A stretch of 64,000 nucleotides of DNA from Ignavibacteriota bacterium (GCA_963727825.1 CAVSHO010000009.1:288001-352000), one strand, 5' to 3'; shown: positions 39,104 through 48,841, counted from the first letter of the stretch. Notes: generated from the sequence alone by a model not told the origin. Translations and numbers: made by a program.

Positions 39104-40627
39104 TTATTCCGATGCTGGACTTACCTTCGGAATAATCGCCCTCCCCGATTTTTTACTGTTCCAGACTAAATAAGCGACGCTGATTGCACCCCATCCCGCC
39201 GTAACCCACAATGCCATCTGAGTTGCGTCTGCTGAAACTCCGGGCGTCATTAGTCCGATAACCACAATGCCAATCAACATTCCTATATTTCCTATAAGCC
39301 CTAAAAATGGGATGACTGCATGTTTAATGCTATGGAATTCTTTCCGTCCGACAAATGTAACGAATGTCAGGAAACAAATGAGCGCATAAAGGGCAAATGT
39401 TCCTATGTTCGAAGCCAGCGTGACACCGGTCAATGCCGTAACATTGAGAACACCGACGGCGCCGATAATCGAAGAGACGGCAACGAGAACCCATACACCT
39501 TTATGCGGTGTTGCATGTCTTGAGTGCAGCGCACCGAGCAGGCCAGGCATTTCATTATCCTGTGCCATGGCAAAGCTTATGCGTACTGCCGTATTGATGG
39601 CTGCGAGAGTGGTACCCAGAACAGCAAGTCCGACAGTAAATGCGATAACGATCATTAGTGCAAAACCGTTCCCGCCAAGAAGAGCGTTACCGATCATAAT
39701 TGTCATATCGCCGATAGGTGCGCCCGATGCAGCGGCGGCGTCCATACCGGTAAGGATCGAACCGTCAGGGTTCGTGAATGTCAGTTTCTCACACATTGCA
39801 TAATTCGCAGCAAAATATTCAAGCAAATATGCGAACAAGCCCTGGATAATGAGCGAGAGTATAATCCCTCGCGGAATATCCCGTTTCGGATTGATTGCTT
39901 CTCCGGCAAGTGAAGTGGACGATTCAAATCCGACCAAAATGAGAATCGCAATGGTGGATTGGAAAAGCATCGCCGTTAAGCTATGCGGAAATACTATCGA
40001 CGGTGCGGCTGCATGCGTCCATTGTGTCGCATGAAGCGGATTCGAAAACCGAAAAGCAATTGCGAGCGCACTAAACCCGATCAATGAAACCAATTGGATA
40101 ACGTTGATCACAATTGCGACATTCGTCGAGCCGCTGATGCCGCGGACGGCAATAAAGCCTACGATGACGGCAAAAATTACGGCAATCAATATTTGAAATG
40201 GAACGGTAAGAGTGACACCGAACTGTCCAAAAATATACGTTACTAAAATCGCCATAAAGGCTACCATCACGCCGGGGTAAACCCAATAGAAGAGATGTGC
40301 TGCCCAGCCCGTGAGAAATTTCGAGATCCGCGCAAATTTCTGATGATGAGCTTTGTCTCGATCGAGGAATGCCCTTTCTGCAAAATAGTATGAGCCCCCC
40401 GCCCCAGCTTCTGGATAGCGGCGTGCCATCTCGGAAAATGACATCGCCGTTAAAAATGCCACGATAAGTGCGGCAACAATTCCTGTCCACATATCAGTCG
40501 CTCCGCCCGTATTTGCTGCTTGGATCTGAAATGTAATCCATAAAAATGCGCCCGGGGCAATGAGTGCCATTGCGTTTACCGTTACTCCGGTTAAGCCGAG
40601 AGTTTTTTTCATGCCTGTGTCTGCCAT
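39104..40627 (-). CDS. APC-family amino acid/amine permease
   Basis: AMALIAPGAF, YPEAGAGGSY, LVGFES, EAINPKRDIP, RISFAMA; GGAG RBS. Confidence 0.9.
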   Translation of the reverse strand: MADTGMKKTLGLTGVTVNAMALIAPGAFLWITFQIQAANTGGATDMWTGIVAALIVAFLTAMSFSEMARRYPEAGAGGSYYFAERAFLDRDKAHHQKFARISKFLTGWAAHLFYWVYPGVMVAFMAILVTYIFGQFGVTLTVPFQILIAVIFAVIVGFIAVRGISGSTNVAIVINVIQLVSLIGFSALAIAFRFSNPLHATQWTHAAAPSIVFPHSLTAMLFQSTIAILILVGFESSTSLAGEAINPKRDIPRGIILSLIIQGLFAYLLEYFAANYAMCEKLTFTNPDGSILTGMDAAAASGAPIGDMTIMIGNALLGGNGFALMIVIAFTVGLAVLGTTLAAINTAVRISFAMAQDNEMPGLLGALHSRHATPHKGVWVLVAVSSIIGAVGVLNVTALTGVTLASNIGTFALYALICFLTFVTFVGRKEFHSIKHAVIPFLGLIGNIGMLIGIVVIGLMTPGVSADATQMALWVTAGWGAISVAYLVWNSKKSGRAIIPKVSPASE

Positions 40628-40674
40628 ATTATATCTCCAATATAATTTTGAGTGATATTATAAATTCTTGTTCA

Positions 40675-41763
40675 TTAGAAAGTTACCACTGCGCCAACCG
40701 TAAGGGTTAGCTGACTGGTTTCTGTATTTGAAAGTGCTTTATTATATGCCGGATTCACTGCGAAATCATCTCTCAATTCACCACGCAACAGTAACTGGTT
40801 GAATAATTTATGTTCAAGCGTCAACGTCATTTCTTTGTATGTATTTGGAATCATGGTTGCAGTCGCATAACCGATCGGATCAGCGAATACTTCAGCACGA
40901 ACGGCGACAGCGGAGAGCGTATCAATAGTATATCTTCCATAAATGTCGACGCCTTTCCAAGTAGCGAGTCCGGCTGAGGTTCCTGCTTCGCCGTAATCGG
41001 CATTCAATGCGAGAGAAAGATTATCGGTAACCGTTTGGCTTACAATGAAATCATAGACATTTCGTGCGCCGATTTCATATCCGGTGTGCCCCCATATCCA
41101 ATTAAAGATAATGCCCGTTGAAGATGTAGCGGCATAATTCAATGTCGCGCCAAGATTCGCTGACTTGACCGCGTCTGTTTCTGAATTCCACCCATCGACG
41201 ACATGAAGTGTCGCTGTAAGATTGCTGAAAACTGGATAGGTAAAACGCATTCCAGTGTGATAATACGGAATAGCATAGGCGAATAAATATGAGCGACTGT
41301 AGTTCCAATTGACATTTGATTCAATCACTTCGTTGCCCATATGCGTTACAAACTTACCGGCATCGACCGTCAAGCCGCCGCCGACAGGAAGAACCGCTGT
41401 GACGTACGCTTGCTGCACAGTAGAAAGTGTTGAAGTGGTCGCCGGTTGAACTATATCGTTCGTGGTTCCGTAATCGAGATCCATACGGAATCCTATAGGA
41501 GATGAAACCGATGTAGCTTTTTGAATGACAAGCTCTACCTGACTCAATGTAAAAGAGTTTGTATTCACATCGAAATTCCTGAGCGCATTAGTGTTACTAC
41601 TCGGTCCGGCAAAATTATAATCATAGTAGGTATCAATTAGTCCGGTGTAAGTTACGGATTGTGATTGTGCCGATTGAGAAAGCATCATTATTGCCACAGA
41701 AAGTACTGCTATCATTCTAAGTTCGTGGAAAATCACAAGTGTACTCTTTTGAATCGATTTCAT
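40675..41763 (-). CDS. Outer-membrane beta-barrel porin of the type often found beside PII/ammonium transporter genes
   Basis: Signal peptide; QQAYV, AGKFVTHMGNEVI, NWNYSRSYLF, PYYHTG; terminal Phe. Confidence 0.8.
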   Translation of the reverse strand: MKSIQKSTLVIFHELRMIAVLSVAIMMLSQSAQSQSVTYTGLIDTYYDYNFAGPSSNTNALRNFDVNTNSFTLSQVELVIQKATSVSSPIGFRMDLDYGTTNDIVQPATTSTLSTVQQAYVTAVLPVGGGLTVDAGKFVTHMGNEVIESNVNWNYSRSYLFAYAIPYYHTGMRFTYPVFSNLTATLHVVDGWNSETDAVKSANLGATLNYAATSSTGIIFNWIWGHTGYEIGARNVYDFIVSQTVTDNLSLALNADYGEAGTSAGLATWKGVDIYGRYTIDTLSAVAVRAEVFADPIGYATATMIPNTYKEMTLTLEHKLFNQLLLRGELRDDFAVNPAYNKALSNTETSQLTLTVGAVVTF

Positions 41764-41981
41764 TTTATTTTCCTTTAAGTTCTTGAAAATTTTATTTTTC
41801 TCATCGAAAGTTGTTTTCTGTTATCGTTGACAAGTCAGTATTAAAACTTGAGCTGCACAAATCCCGGTGGAAAAATGGATGCTACTAAATGGCATCATAT
41901 TCGTTATAGAATTCTTCAATTAAGACCTTTTATACATTATATTTATGTGTTCGTTGAACAATTGTTAATACTCTTCATTCG

Positions 41982-42317
41982 TCAAACGGATTCTTCTATT
42001 TCGGTCGAGAATGTTTGGCTAACATTATTTACATTCGATACCAATATTTTGTCAGATCCTTTTTCCCCGATCTGCGCGTTTTTCATAATAATCGATATAA
42101 CTTTAGGAGCTAAATGCTGTGGCACGATAGTTTCTATCCTTATCTTCAAGAGATAGTCAACCTTATATTCATCTCCGCGATAAACTTCCTTATGTCCCTC
42201 CTGTTTTCCAAAATCGCGAACCTCTGTAATCGTGATTTCATTAATCCCTATTGCCAAAAGCGATTTACGGACTTCTTCGAGTTTATAAGGTTGTATAATT
42301 GCCTCTATTCTTTTCAT
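41982..42317 (-). CDS. PII-family nitrogen regulator, degenerate
   Basis: Collinear with GlnB/GlnK (AII.P.KLEEV, FG.Q.GH.E.YRG.EY, K..IE), but B- and C-loop motifs are altered. Confidence 0.85.
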   Translation of the reverse strand: MKRIEAIIQPYKLEEVRKSLLAIGINEITITEVRDFGKQEGHKEVYRGDEYKVDYLLKIRIETIVPQHLAPKVISIIMKNAQIGEKGSDKILVSNVNNVSQTFSTEIEESV

Positions 42318-42657
42318 GGTTTTCCTTTCCAGTTAAGAAATCTATCCTTATTAACGTTTATACTTTCTTATTATAATGTCGTATTCATATATTACCTTAT
42401 AATATAATGATAAATATTATAATGTCAATAGTAATTAAGTATATTTTATATTATTCCTTTATTAACTAAATATTATCATGTTGCATGCCTTTTTAAATAA
42501 TTCTATTGGCATAATCTCGAAAATAATTTTCTCCCCAGAATAAAGGAACATTTATCTTATGTTGAAAAGCAAGTGAGGAGTGTGTTGCCTCCCTGCCATT
42601 CAAAGCGTACATTGAAACCCACAAACATTAATCAACGTATTGAGGTAGTAATTTATT

Positions 42658-44592
42658 ATGTCTCAATTAATTCAAGGTGATGAAATGCATCCATTCGCAA
42701 AATTTGCGGTGCCACTTCTAAGTCTAGCATTTTTAACATCAGGTACTTCTCTGTCACAAGAACGCGATCGCAATAAAATTGCCGATCAGTATAAATGGAA
42801 CCTTGCCGACCTCTACCCATCTGATGCAGCGTGGAAAGAAGCTGAGCAACGGCTTACAGAGACTAATCCAGCAGCCGAGAGAAGTGTTTCAATTCCTGCG
42901 CTTAAAAAATATAAAGGAACATTAGGCTCATCTGCCCATCAGTTGCTTGAGTGTCTCGATCTCGTTACAGAACTCAATAAAGAATTCGCCCAGCTTAACG
43001 CATATGCCAGTATGAGTTTTGATCAGGATACGAAAGTACAATCATATCTTGGAATGCAGCAGGAAATAAGTCAGCTTGGAACATCGTTCGGTGCACAAGC
43101 AGCATTTATAGAACCAGAAATTCTCAAGATCGATCCGGCGAAGATACAAGGATTCTTGAAAAGCGAAAAGAAGCTTGAAATTTATCGCCATTATTTGGAT
43201 GACTTACTTCGCCGTAAAGCTCATACAGGCAGCGAGGGTGAAGAGAAGATTATCGCAGATGCTGGATTGATATCAGGTGAACCTTATAATATTCACAGCA
43301 TCTTCGCTAATGCGGATTTCCCCTACCCAGAAGTTGCGCTGAGCGACGGGAAGATCGTAAAGCTTGATGCGGCAGGATTCGCTCTTCAGAGGGCTTCTGC
43401 AAACCGCGAGGACCGCAAGAAAGTATTTGCAGCATTCATGGGTAAGTTGAATGATTACCAGCGCACATATGGCACGGTATTGAATGCGCAAGTAAAGACA
43501 GAACTCTTCTATAAGAATGCAAGGAAATATAATTCGTGTCTTGAAAGTGCACTCGATGCCAGCAACATCCCAACACAGGTTTATTACAATCTAATAGATA
43601 ACGTCAATAAGAACCTTAGCACTTTCCATCGCTATTTGAAACTGCGCCATCGCATTCTCGGCGTCGATACATTGCATTATTATGATCTCTATGCGCCGCT
43701 GTTGAAAGATGTCGATCTTAAATACACTTACGAAGAAGCACAACAGCATGTCCTTGAAGCATTGAAGCCGTTAGGTTCGGATTATACTGATGTTCTTAAA
43801 AAGGGATTTGCGGAACGCTGGTTGGACGTCTATCCGACCGAAAGCAAACGTTCCGGTGCGTACTCCAATGGCTCCGCATACGATGTGCATCCATATATGT
43901 TATTGAACTACAATGGCAAATACGATGATATGAGTACCGTTGCGCATGAATTCGGACACTCGATGCAAAGTTATCTTTCCAATAAAAATCAGCCGTATGC
44001 CACGTCACAATATCCGATCTTTGTTGCAGAAGTCGCTTCTACATTTAACGAAGCCTTGTTAATCGATTATATGCTGAAGCAAATCAAAGACGATGATGCC
44101 CGACTCTCGCTGCTCGGCAGCTACCTCGAAAACATCAAGGGAACTGTCTTCCGGCAAACGCAGTTCGCAGAGTTTGAACTTCGCATTCACGAGATGGCAG
44201 AAAAGGGCGAGCCACTCACCGGCGATGTGTTGAATAAAATATATGACGAAATCGTTAAAAAATATTACGGCCATGAGAAAAACATTTGCATAGTTGACGA
44301 CGAAATAAAAGCCGAGTGGATGTATATTCCGCACTTCTATTACAACTTCTATGTTTATCAGTACGCGACATCATTTACAGCTTCAGCTGCATTATCGGAA
44401 CGGACAATTGCCGGCGATAAAGCCTCCACTGAGAAGTATATTAAATTCCTTTCTTCCGGCGGCTCCGATTATCCAATTGAATTGTTGAAAAAAGCCGGTG
44501 TCGATATGACGACCTCCGAGCCATTCGATCTAACAATGAAAAAAATGAACCGCGTAATGGATGAGATGGAGAAGATACTAGATAAGAAGTAG
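42658..44592 (+). CDS. pepF: Oligoendopeptidase F (M3B) with signal peptide (start may be 42685)
   Basis: YKWNLADLY, KRSGAYS, HEFGH, AEVAS, IPHFYYNFYVYQYAT. Confidence 0.93.
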   Translation: MSQLIQGDEMHPFAKFAVPLLSLAFLTSGTSLSQERDRNKIADQYKWNLADLYPSDAAWKEAEQRLTETNPAAERSVSIPALKKYKGTLGSSAHQLLECLDLVTELNKEFAQLNAYASMSFDQDTKVQSYLGMQQEISQLGTSFGAQAAFIEPEILKIDPAKIQGFLKSEKKLEIYRHYLDDLLRRKAHTGSEGEEKIIADAGLISGEPYNIHSIFANADFPYPEVALSDGKIVKLDAAGFALQRASANREDRKKVFAAFMGKLNDYQRTYGTVLNAQVKTELFYKNARKYNSCLESALDASNIPTQVYYNLIDNVNKNLSTFHRYLKLRHRILGVDTLHYYDLYAPLLKDVDLKYTYEEAQQHVLEALKPLGSDYTDVLKKGFAERWLDVYPTESKRSGAYSNGSAYDVHPYMLLNYNGKYDDMSTVAHEFGHSMQSYLSNKNQPYATSQYPIFVAEVASTFNEALLIDYMLKQIKDDDARLSLLGSYLENIKGTVFRQTQFAEFELRIHEMAEKGEPLTGDVLNKIYDEIVKKYYGHEKNICIVDDEIKAEWMYIPHFYYNFYVYQYATSFTASAALSERTIAGDKASTEKYIKFLSSGGSDYPIELLKKAGVDMTTSEPFDLTMKKMNRVMDEMEKILDKK

Positions 44593-44622
44593 GCATTTAA
44601 TAAGTATAGTGCAACCTTCGAG

Positions 44623-45036
44623 ATGACTGCAATGGAATGGATTGAAAAGTCAAAAGGAAAAAATCAAACACCTAAGACCATTTTATGTCCCGATCTGAAG
44701 GTACGATGCTATAATTTCTCTGTGGCAATCATCCGATTCGTGGATAAGCTTCAGGTGCGAAGGTTGCACTATTCAATTATTGATCAACTCATTCGTTCAT
44801 CAACTTCAATTGGTGCCAATATCATCGAGGCAAAATCCGCCAGTTCAAAGAAGGACTTTATACGATTCTATGAGTACGCATTGAAATCTGCAAATGAGAC
44901 CAAGTACTGGCTTGCATTGTTACGTGATGCGCTTGGAGTTGATAAAGGAATCATCCACAATTATTTACAGGAAGTTACCGAGTTATCAAAAATCATTGCT
45001 GTCTGCATCTTAAAGCTCAAGCAACGGTCAGTTTGA
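44623..45036 (+). CDS. Four-helix-bundle protein (23S rRNA IVS-protein-like)
   Basis: DQLIRSSTSIGANIIEA...KDFIRFYEYALKSANETKYWL. Confidence 0.9.
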   Translation: MTAMEWIEKSKGKNQTPKTILCPDLKVRCYNFSVAIIRFVDKLQVRRLHYSIIDQLIRSSTSIGANIIEAKSASSKKDFIRFYEYALKSANETKYWLALLRDALGVDKGIIHNYLQEVTELSKIIAVCILKLKQRSV

Positions 45037-45058
45037 CTTTTGACTTTTAACTTTTGCT
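45032..45058. repeat. Tandem 7-mer repeat at the four-helix-bundle stop
   Basis: TTTGACT TTTGACT TTTAACT TTTGCT; complement AAAAGTCAAAAG at 44645-44656. Confidence 0.7.
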
Positions 45059-45087
45059 TTTTCTATATCCATAGCTTATCGTTCGAT

Positions 45088-45694
45088 ATGAATGCAAAAG
45101 CAATAAATTCTGCCTCATTTCCCCATATTGCTGTCATTGTTCTCGCCGCTGGCGCATCTAATCGACTCGGCGTACCAAAGCAACTTCTAAAATATAACGG
45201 AATTACTCTTCTTCGCAGAACAGTGGAAACAGTTTTGCTTTCTAAGGTGAAATTTGTTCATGTGGTTTTGGGATTTGAGGCAGAGAAGATAAAATTGGAA
45301 ATATGCAAACTTGCCAGTCGATATTGTCGTAAATCCAAGTTGGCAGAATGGCATCAGCACATCTATTCATTCAGGCATACAATCACTCGGGCCGAACATT
45401 GACGCAGCAATCGTCGCTCTTTGCGATCAGCCAAAGTTATCAACGGATATTCTGAACACACTTATCAATACCTATACTTCAACACGAGCACCCATAATCA
45501 CCTGCAAATACGCGGGAACAGTCGGCGTGCCGGCATTGTTCGACCATCGCATTTTTCCCGAATTGTTATCGCTTGAAGGCGATCTTGGTGCAAAAAAAAT
45601 AATTGAGCAGCACGCAAAAGAAAGATTTGAGATTGATTTTTTAGATGGAGAAATAGATATTGATACTATCGCCGACCAAAAACAAATTAGTTAA
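45088..45694 (+). CDS. MocA/MobA-like nucleotidyltransferase, one apparent +1 frameshift near 45305
   Basis: VLAAGASNRLG.PKQLL, NPSWQNGISTSI, LCDQP, GDLGAK, DIDT. Confidence 0.85.
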
Positions 45695-45724
45695 ATAGCG
45701 CAAACTGAGAAGAAGGAATTTATT

Positions 45725-46378
45725 GTGTTCATCGGCCACTTCGCTGTTGGACTTAGTGCAAAGAAAGTTGCACCTCAGGTAAAATTAGGAACGCTGTTCT
45801 TAGCAGCTCAATTTCTCGATTTACTCTGGCCAATCTTCCTAATTCTTGGCATTGAACATGCCCGAATAGCCCCCGGTAATACTGCCTTCACTCCATTCGA
45901 TTTTTACGATTACCCATTCTCGCACAGTTTACTAGCGAGTATTATATGGGCGGTTCTTTTCGGGAGAATATATTATTATGTGAAAAAAAATCTCCGCAAT
46001 TCGATCATTGTTGGCTGCGTTGTTTTTAGCCATTGGTTGCTTGATTTTATCTCACACAAACCTGATCTAGCGATTGCGCCAGGTATTCATATTGCCCTGG
46101 GTCTTGGATTATGGAATTCCATTATAGGCACCATATTTATTGAAGGGTTTCTTTTCATTGGTGCAGTCTGCATTTATATTAGAGCAACGAAATCTATTGA
46201 TCGTATCGGAAATTATGCCTTTTGTGGATTGATTGCATTGCTTCTGATTTCCTACATCGCAAACATTACATCGCCGCCACCACCAAATATGACAGCAGTC
46301 GCTTACGCAGGATTCGCTCAATGGCTCTTCATTGCTTGGGCATATTGGATAGACCGGCATAGGACTTGCCATGACTGA
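45725..46378 (+). CDS. Membrane-bound metal-dependent hydrolase-like protein
   Basis: MFIGH, D.LWP, SHSL, SHWLLD..H motifs. Confidence 0.7.
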   Translation: MFIGHFAVGLSAKKVAPQVKLGTLFLAAQFLDLLWPIFLILGIEHARIAPGNTAFTPFDFYDYPFSHSLLASIIWAVLFGRIYYYVKKNLRNSIIVGCVVFSHWLLDFISHKPDLAIAPGIHIALGLGLWNSIIGTIFIEGFLFIGAVCIYIRATKSIDRIGNYAFCGLIALLLISYIANITSPPPPNMTAVAYAGFAQWLFIAWAYWIDRHRTCHD

Positions 46379-47396
46379 ACATATACGTATCGAACATAAA
46401 AAGTTGATTCTACAGGTTGAAGAAACGCTTCAAAAAGCTGGCGTGGCGCCGCACATAGCTCACGTCGAAGCGGAGATTATGGCGGAATCAGACCTTATGG
46501 GAGTTCCTTCACATGGAGTTCGTATGTTGCCTGATTTATTGAAGGGAATTCAGAAAGGCAAAGCCACGGCAAATCCGAATATTAGAATTATGAAAGAGAA
46601 TAAAGCAACATGCGTGATTGATGGTGACAACGGCCCCGGTCGCTTCGTATCACTTCATGCAATGAGCATCGCAATTGAGCGAGCGAAGGAATTCGGTATC
46701 GGCGCTTGCAGTGCGATAAATGTAACTCACTGGGGGCGTGCATTCGCTTATACATATAGAGCCGCTCAAGACAATACAATTGGTATCTGCACAACGAATG
46801 CACTTCCAATTACCTTGGGCTGGAATTCTACAAAACCATTATTAGGTAATAATCCCCTTAGTATCGGTGTACCTCGATATGGCAAAGATCCTATTGTTCT
46901 CGATATTTCAATGAGCCAAGCAGCACATGGAAAAATTGCAACATATGCCCGCGAAGGAAAAGAAGTACCGTTAGGCTGGGGATTGGATTCCGAAGGGAAG
47001 CCCACAACAAATCCAAATGAAATATTGAAGAGCTTTCGGCTTCTCCCGTTTGGCGACCATAAAGGTGCAGGGCTTGCTATTATGATGGAGCTTCTAACCG
47101 GCGCTCTTTCCGGAAGTAAGCTCTCGCACGAAATTCTCCAAATTGAACGAGGCGCTCTCAACCCTGGGAGTACCAAGTTGTTTATAGCATTGGATGTAAG
47201 TTCATTCGGTTCGCTTGAAGCTATGGGCACAAAGATCGAACAATATATTCGCTGGCTTCATGAAACGGAGCCGGATATTCACATCACTCTTCCCGGCGAT
47301 AGGAGCTGGCAAGCGCGGCAAGAGAATTTGCAGAATGGAATTCCCATTCACCCCGACATAGCAGCTGAATTAATAAAAATTGGTCTAAACCTCTAG
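46371..47396 (+). CDS. Ldh_2 (malate/L-lactate/YiaK-like) oxidoreductase
   Basis: GVPSHG, THWGR, GNNP, HKGAGL, LPGDR. Confidence 0.88.
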   Translation: MTEHIRIEHKKLILQVEETLQKAGVAPHIAHVEAEIMAESDLMGVPSHGVRMLPDLLKGIQKGKATANPNIRIMKENKATCVIDGDNGPGRFVSLHAMSIAIERAKEFGIGACSAINVTHWGRAFAYTYRAAQDNTIGICTTNALPITLGWNSTKPLLGNNPLSIGVPRYGKDPIVLDISMSQAAHGKIATYAREGKEVPLGWGLDSEGKPTTNPNEILKSFRLLPFGDHKGAGLAIMMELLTGALSGSKLSHEILQIERGALNPGSTKLFIALDVSSFGSLEAMGTKIEQYIRWLHETEPDIHITLPGDRSWQARQENLQNGIPIHPDIAAELIKIGLNL

Positions 47397-47419
47397 CACA
47401 TTCTTAAAGGAGATTTATT

Positions 47420-47917
47420 ATGTATCGCACAATTCAAGATTTTTTGACTGATTGGGCTCAAGAGAATGATTCTACACTCAAAGTTTTTAAGAATCTCACT
47501 GATGCCTCGCTCAAACAGAACGTATCGGCGGAAGGTCGCTCACTGGGTCATTTGGCATGGCACATTGTTCTAACACTTGGTGAGATGGGAGATAAAGCCG
47601 GACTTAAAGTCAATGCACCACCTGAAAATGCACCTGATCCAAACACTGCATCGGTAATTGTTGCAGCATATGAGAAAGCAGGAGCATCGCTTGCAGTAGA
47701 AGTGAAAAAGTGGAATGATGGAATGCTACCAGAAGAAATCGATATGTATGGACAAAAATGGACACGCGCTGCTACACTCGCATCGATCATAAAACATCAG
47801 ATACATCACAGAGCGCAAATGACGGTGCTTATGCGGCAGGCAGGACTTAAAGTTCCTGGCGTTTATGGACCATCACGCGAGGAGTGGTCGCAATTCGGTA
47901 TGCCATCGCAAGAATAA
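47420..47917 (+). CDS. DinB family protein
   Basis: LAWHI and HQIHHRAQ...VPGVYGP. Confidence 0.88.
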   Translation: MYRTIQDFLTDWAQENDSTLKVFKNLTDASLKQNVSAEGRSLGHLAWHIVLTLGEMGDKAGLKVNAPPENAPDPNTASVIVAAYEKAGASLAVEVKKWNDGMLPEEIDMYGQKWTRAATLASIIKHQIHHRAQMTVLMRQAGLKVPGVYGPSREEWSQFGMPSQE

Positions 47918-47925
47918 TCCTGACT

Positions 47926-47959
47926 AAACATTGCAGGTTTTCAGACCTGCAATGTTTTT
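47926..47959 (+). terminator. Rho-independent terminator
   Basis: AAACATTGCAGGT...ACCTGCAATGTTT-TT. Confidence 0.8.
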
Positions 47960-48099
47960 CTGAAAGTCATCTTAAATGATTATAGTTCTTCATGGCTGTG
48001 TACTTTGTTCTTTTGGATTCCATTTTCATCAGCATATAACATGTTTTTGTGTAATATAAGTCATGCTACATTTTTAGAATGAAATGCAGATTTCCCCCA

Positions 48100-48167
48100 C
48101 CATTTACCGATTTCTCCTCGCCGCTCGCCGAAATCGCCGAAACTTCCTTCTCAATTCTATGTATCAT
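48100..48167 (+). promoter_or_regulatory. Putative LytTR-activated promoter
   Basis: CCATTTACCGA and CCGCTCGCCGA 21 bp apart, TATCAT at 48162, no canonical -35. Confidence 0.5.
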
Positions 48168-48170
48168 TCT

Positions 48171-48260
48171 ATGGAACAAAATTAAAGACATTCATACGAA
48201 CACCTTGGTATCGATTTTTTTCTCATAGACGGTGTTGCTATGATGCTGAATATAGTTGGA
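48171..48260 (+). pseudogene. Decayed duplicate of the 5' end of gene 48842
   Basis: MEQN*RHSYEHLGIDFFLI-DGVAMML versus MEQDRRHYYGHLGIGLFLLFAGIALML. Confidence 0.8.
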
Positions 48261-48282
48261 CTTAAAAAGGAAACTTTGATAA

Positions 48283-48774
48283 ATGGAAAAAATGAGTAGA
48301 TGGGGTATTGGACCAATCTTTGCCGCTTTATCAATTATGTATGGATTTATAATAGCTGTAATAAGCCGATATTATCATCCATTATTTAAAATAGAATTCA
48401 TTCAAGAGCATATATTGTTCCTGTTTGGCGTAATCCTTATCATCATTGGTATTCCATTTTATATTGTTTCTGCGAGAGTGGTAATGAAAGCATACAATGC
48501 TGATAAGCTTATTACAGGAAACATTTATAGATGCTGCCGTCATCCTCTATATGCATCTTGGGTAGTATTTATTGTGCCGGGCTTAGTTTTATTGATCAAT
48601 AGTTGGATTGGTTTAACCGCGCCTATATTTATGTACATCTTATTACGCATTCTAGTTAAAAAAGAAGAAATATATTTAGAAAATAAATTTGGAACAGAAT
48701 ATTTAAATTACAAAAATATGGTTCCTTGCATATTGCCTTATGGTCTATTTCTAAAAAATAAATATGAGATATAA
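48283..48774 (+). CDS. Isoprenylcysteine carboxyl methyltransferase/PEMT-family membrane protein
   Basis: LITGNIYRCCRHPLY, EE.YL..KFG.EY..Y...VP; AT-rich. Confidence 0.85.
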   Translation: MEKMSRWGIGPIFAALSIMYGFIIAVISRYYHPLFKIEFIQEHILFLFGVILIIIGIPFYIVSARVVMKAYNADKLITGNIYRCCRHPLYASWVVFIVPGLVLLINSWIGLTAPIFMYILLRILVKKEEIYLENKFGTEYLNYKNMVPCILPYGLFLKNKYEI

Positions 48775-48841
48775 CATTGCCGGACTTTTATCCGGCACCA
48801 GCCGATAAAGTCTCGGATGGCTTCATTTAAGGAGAAATATT

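Noticed and set aside
44623-45036. Diversity-generating retroelement (Avd-like gene)
   Set aside because: No reverse transcriptase and no template/variable repeat pair seen
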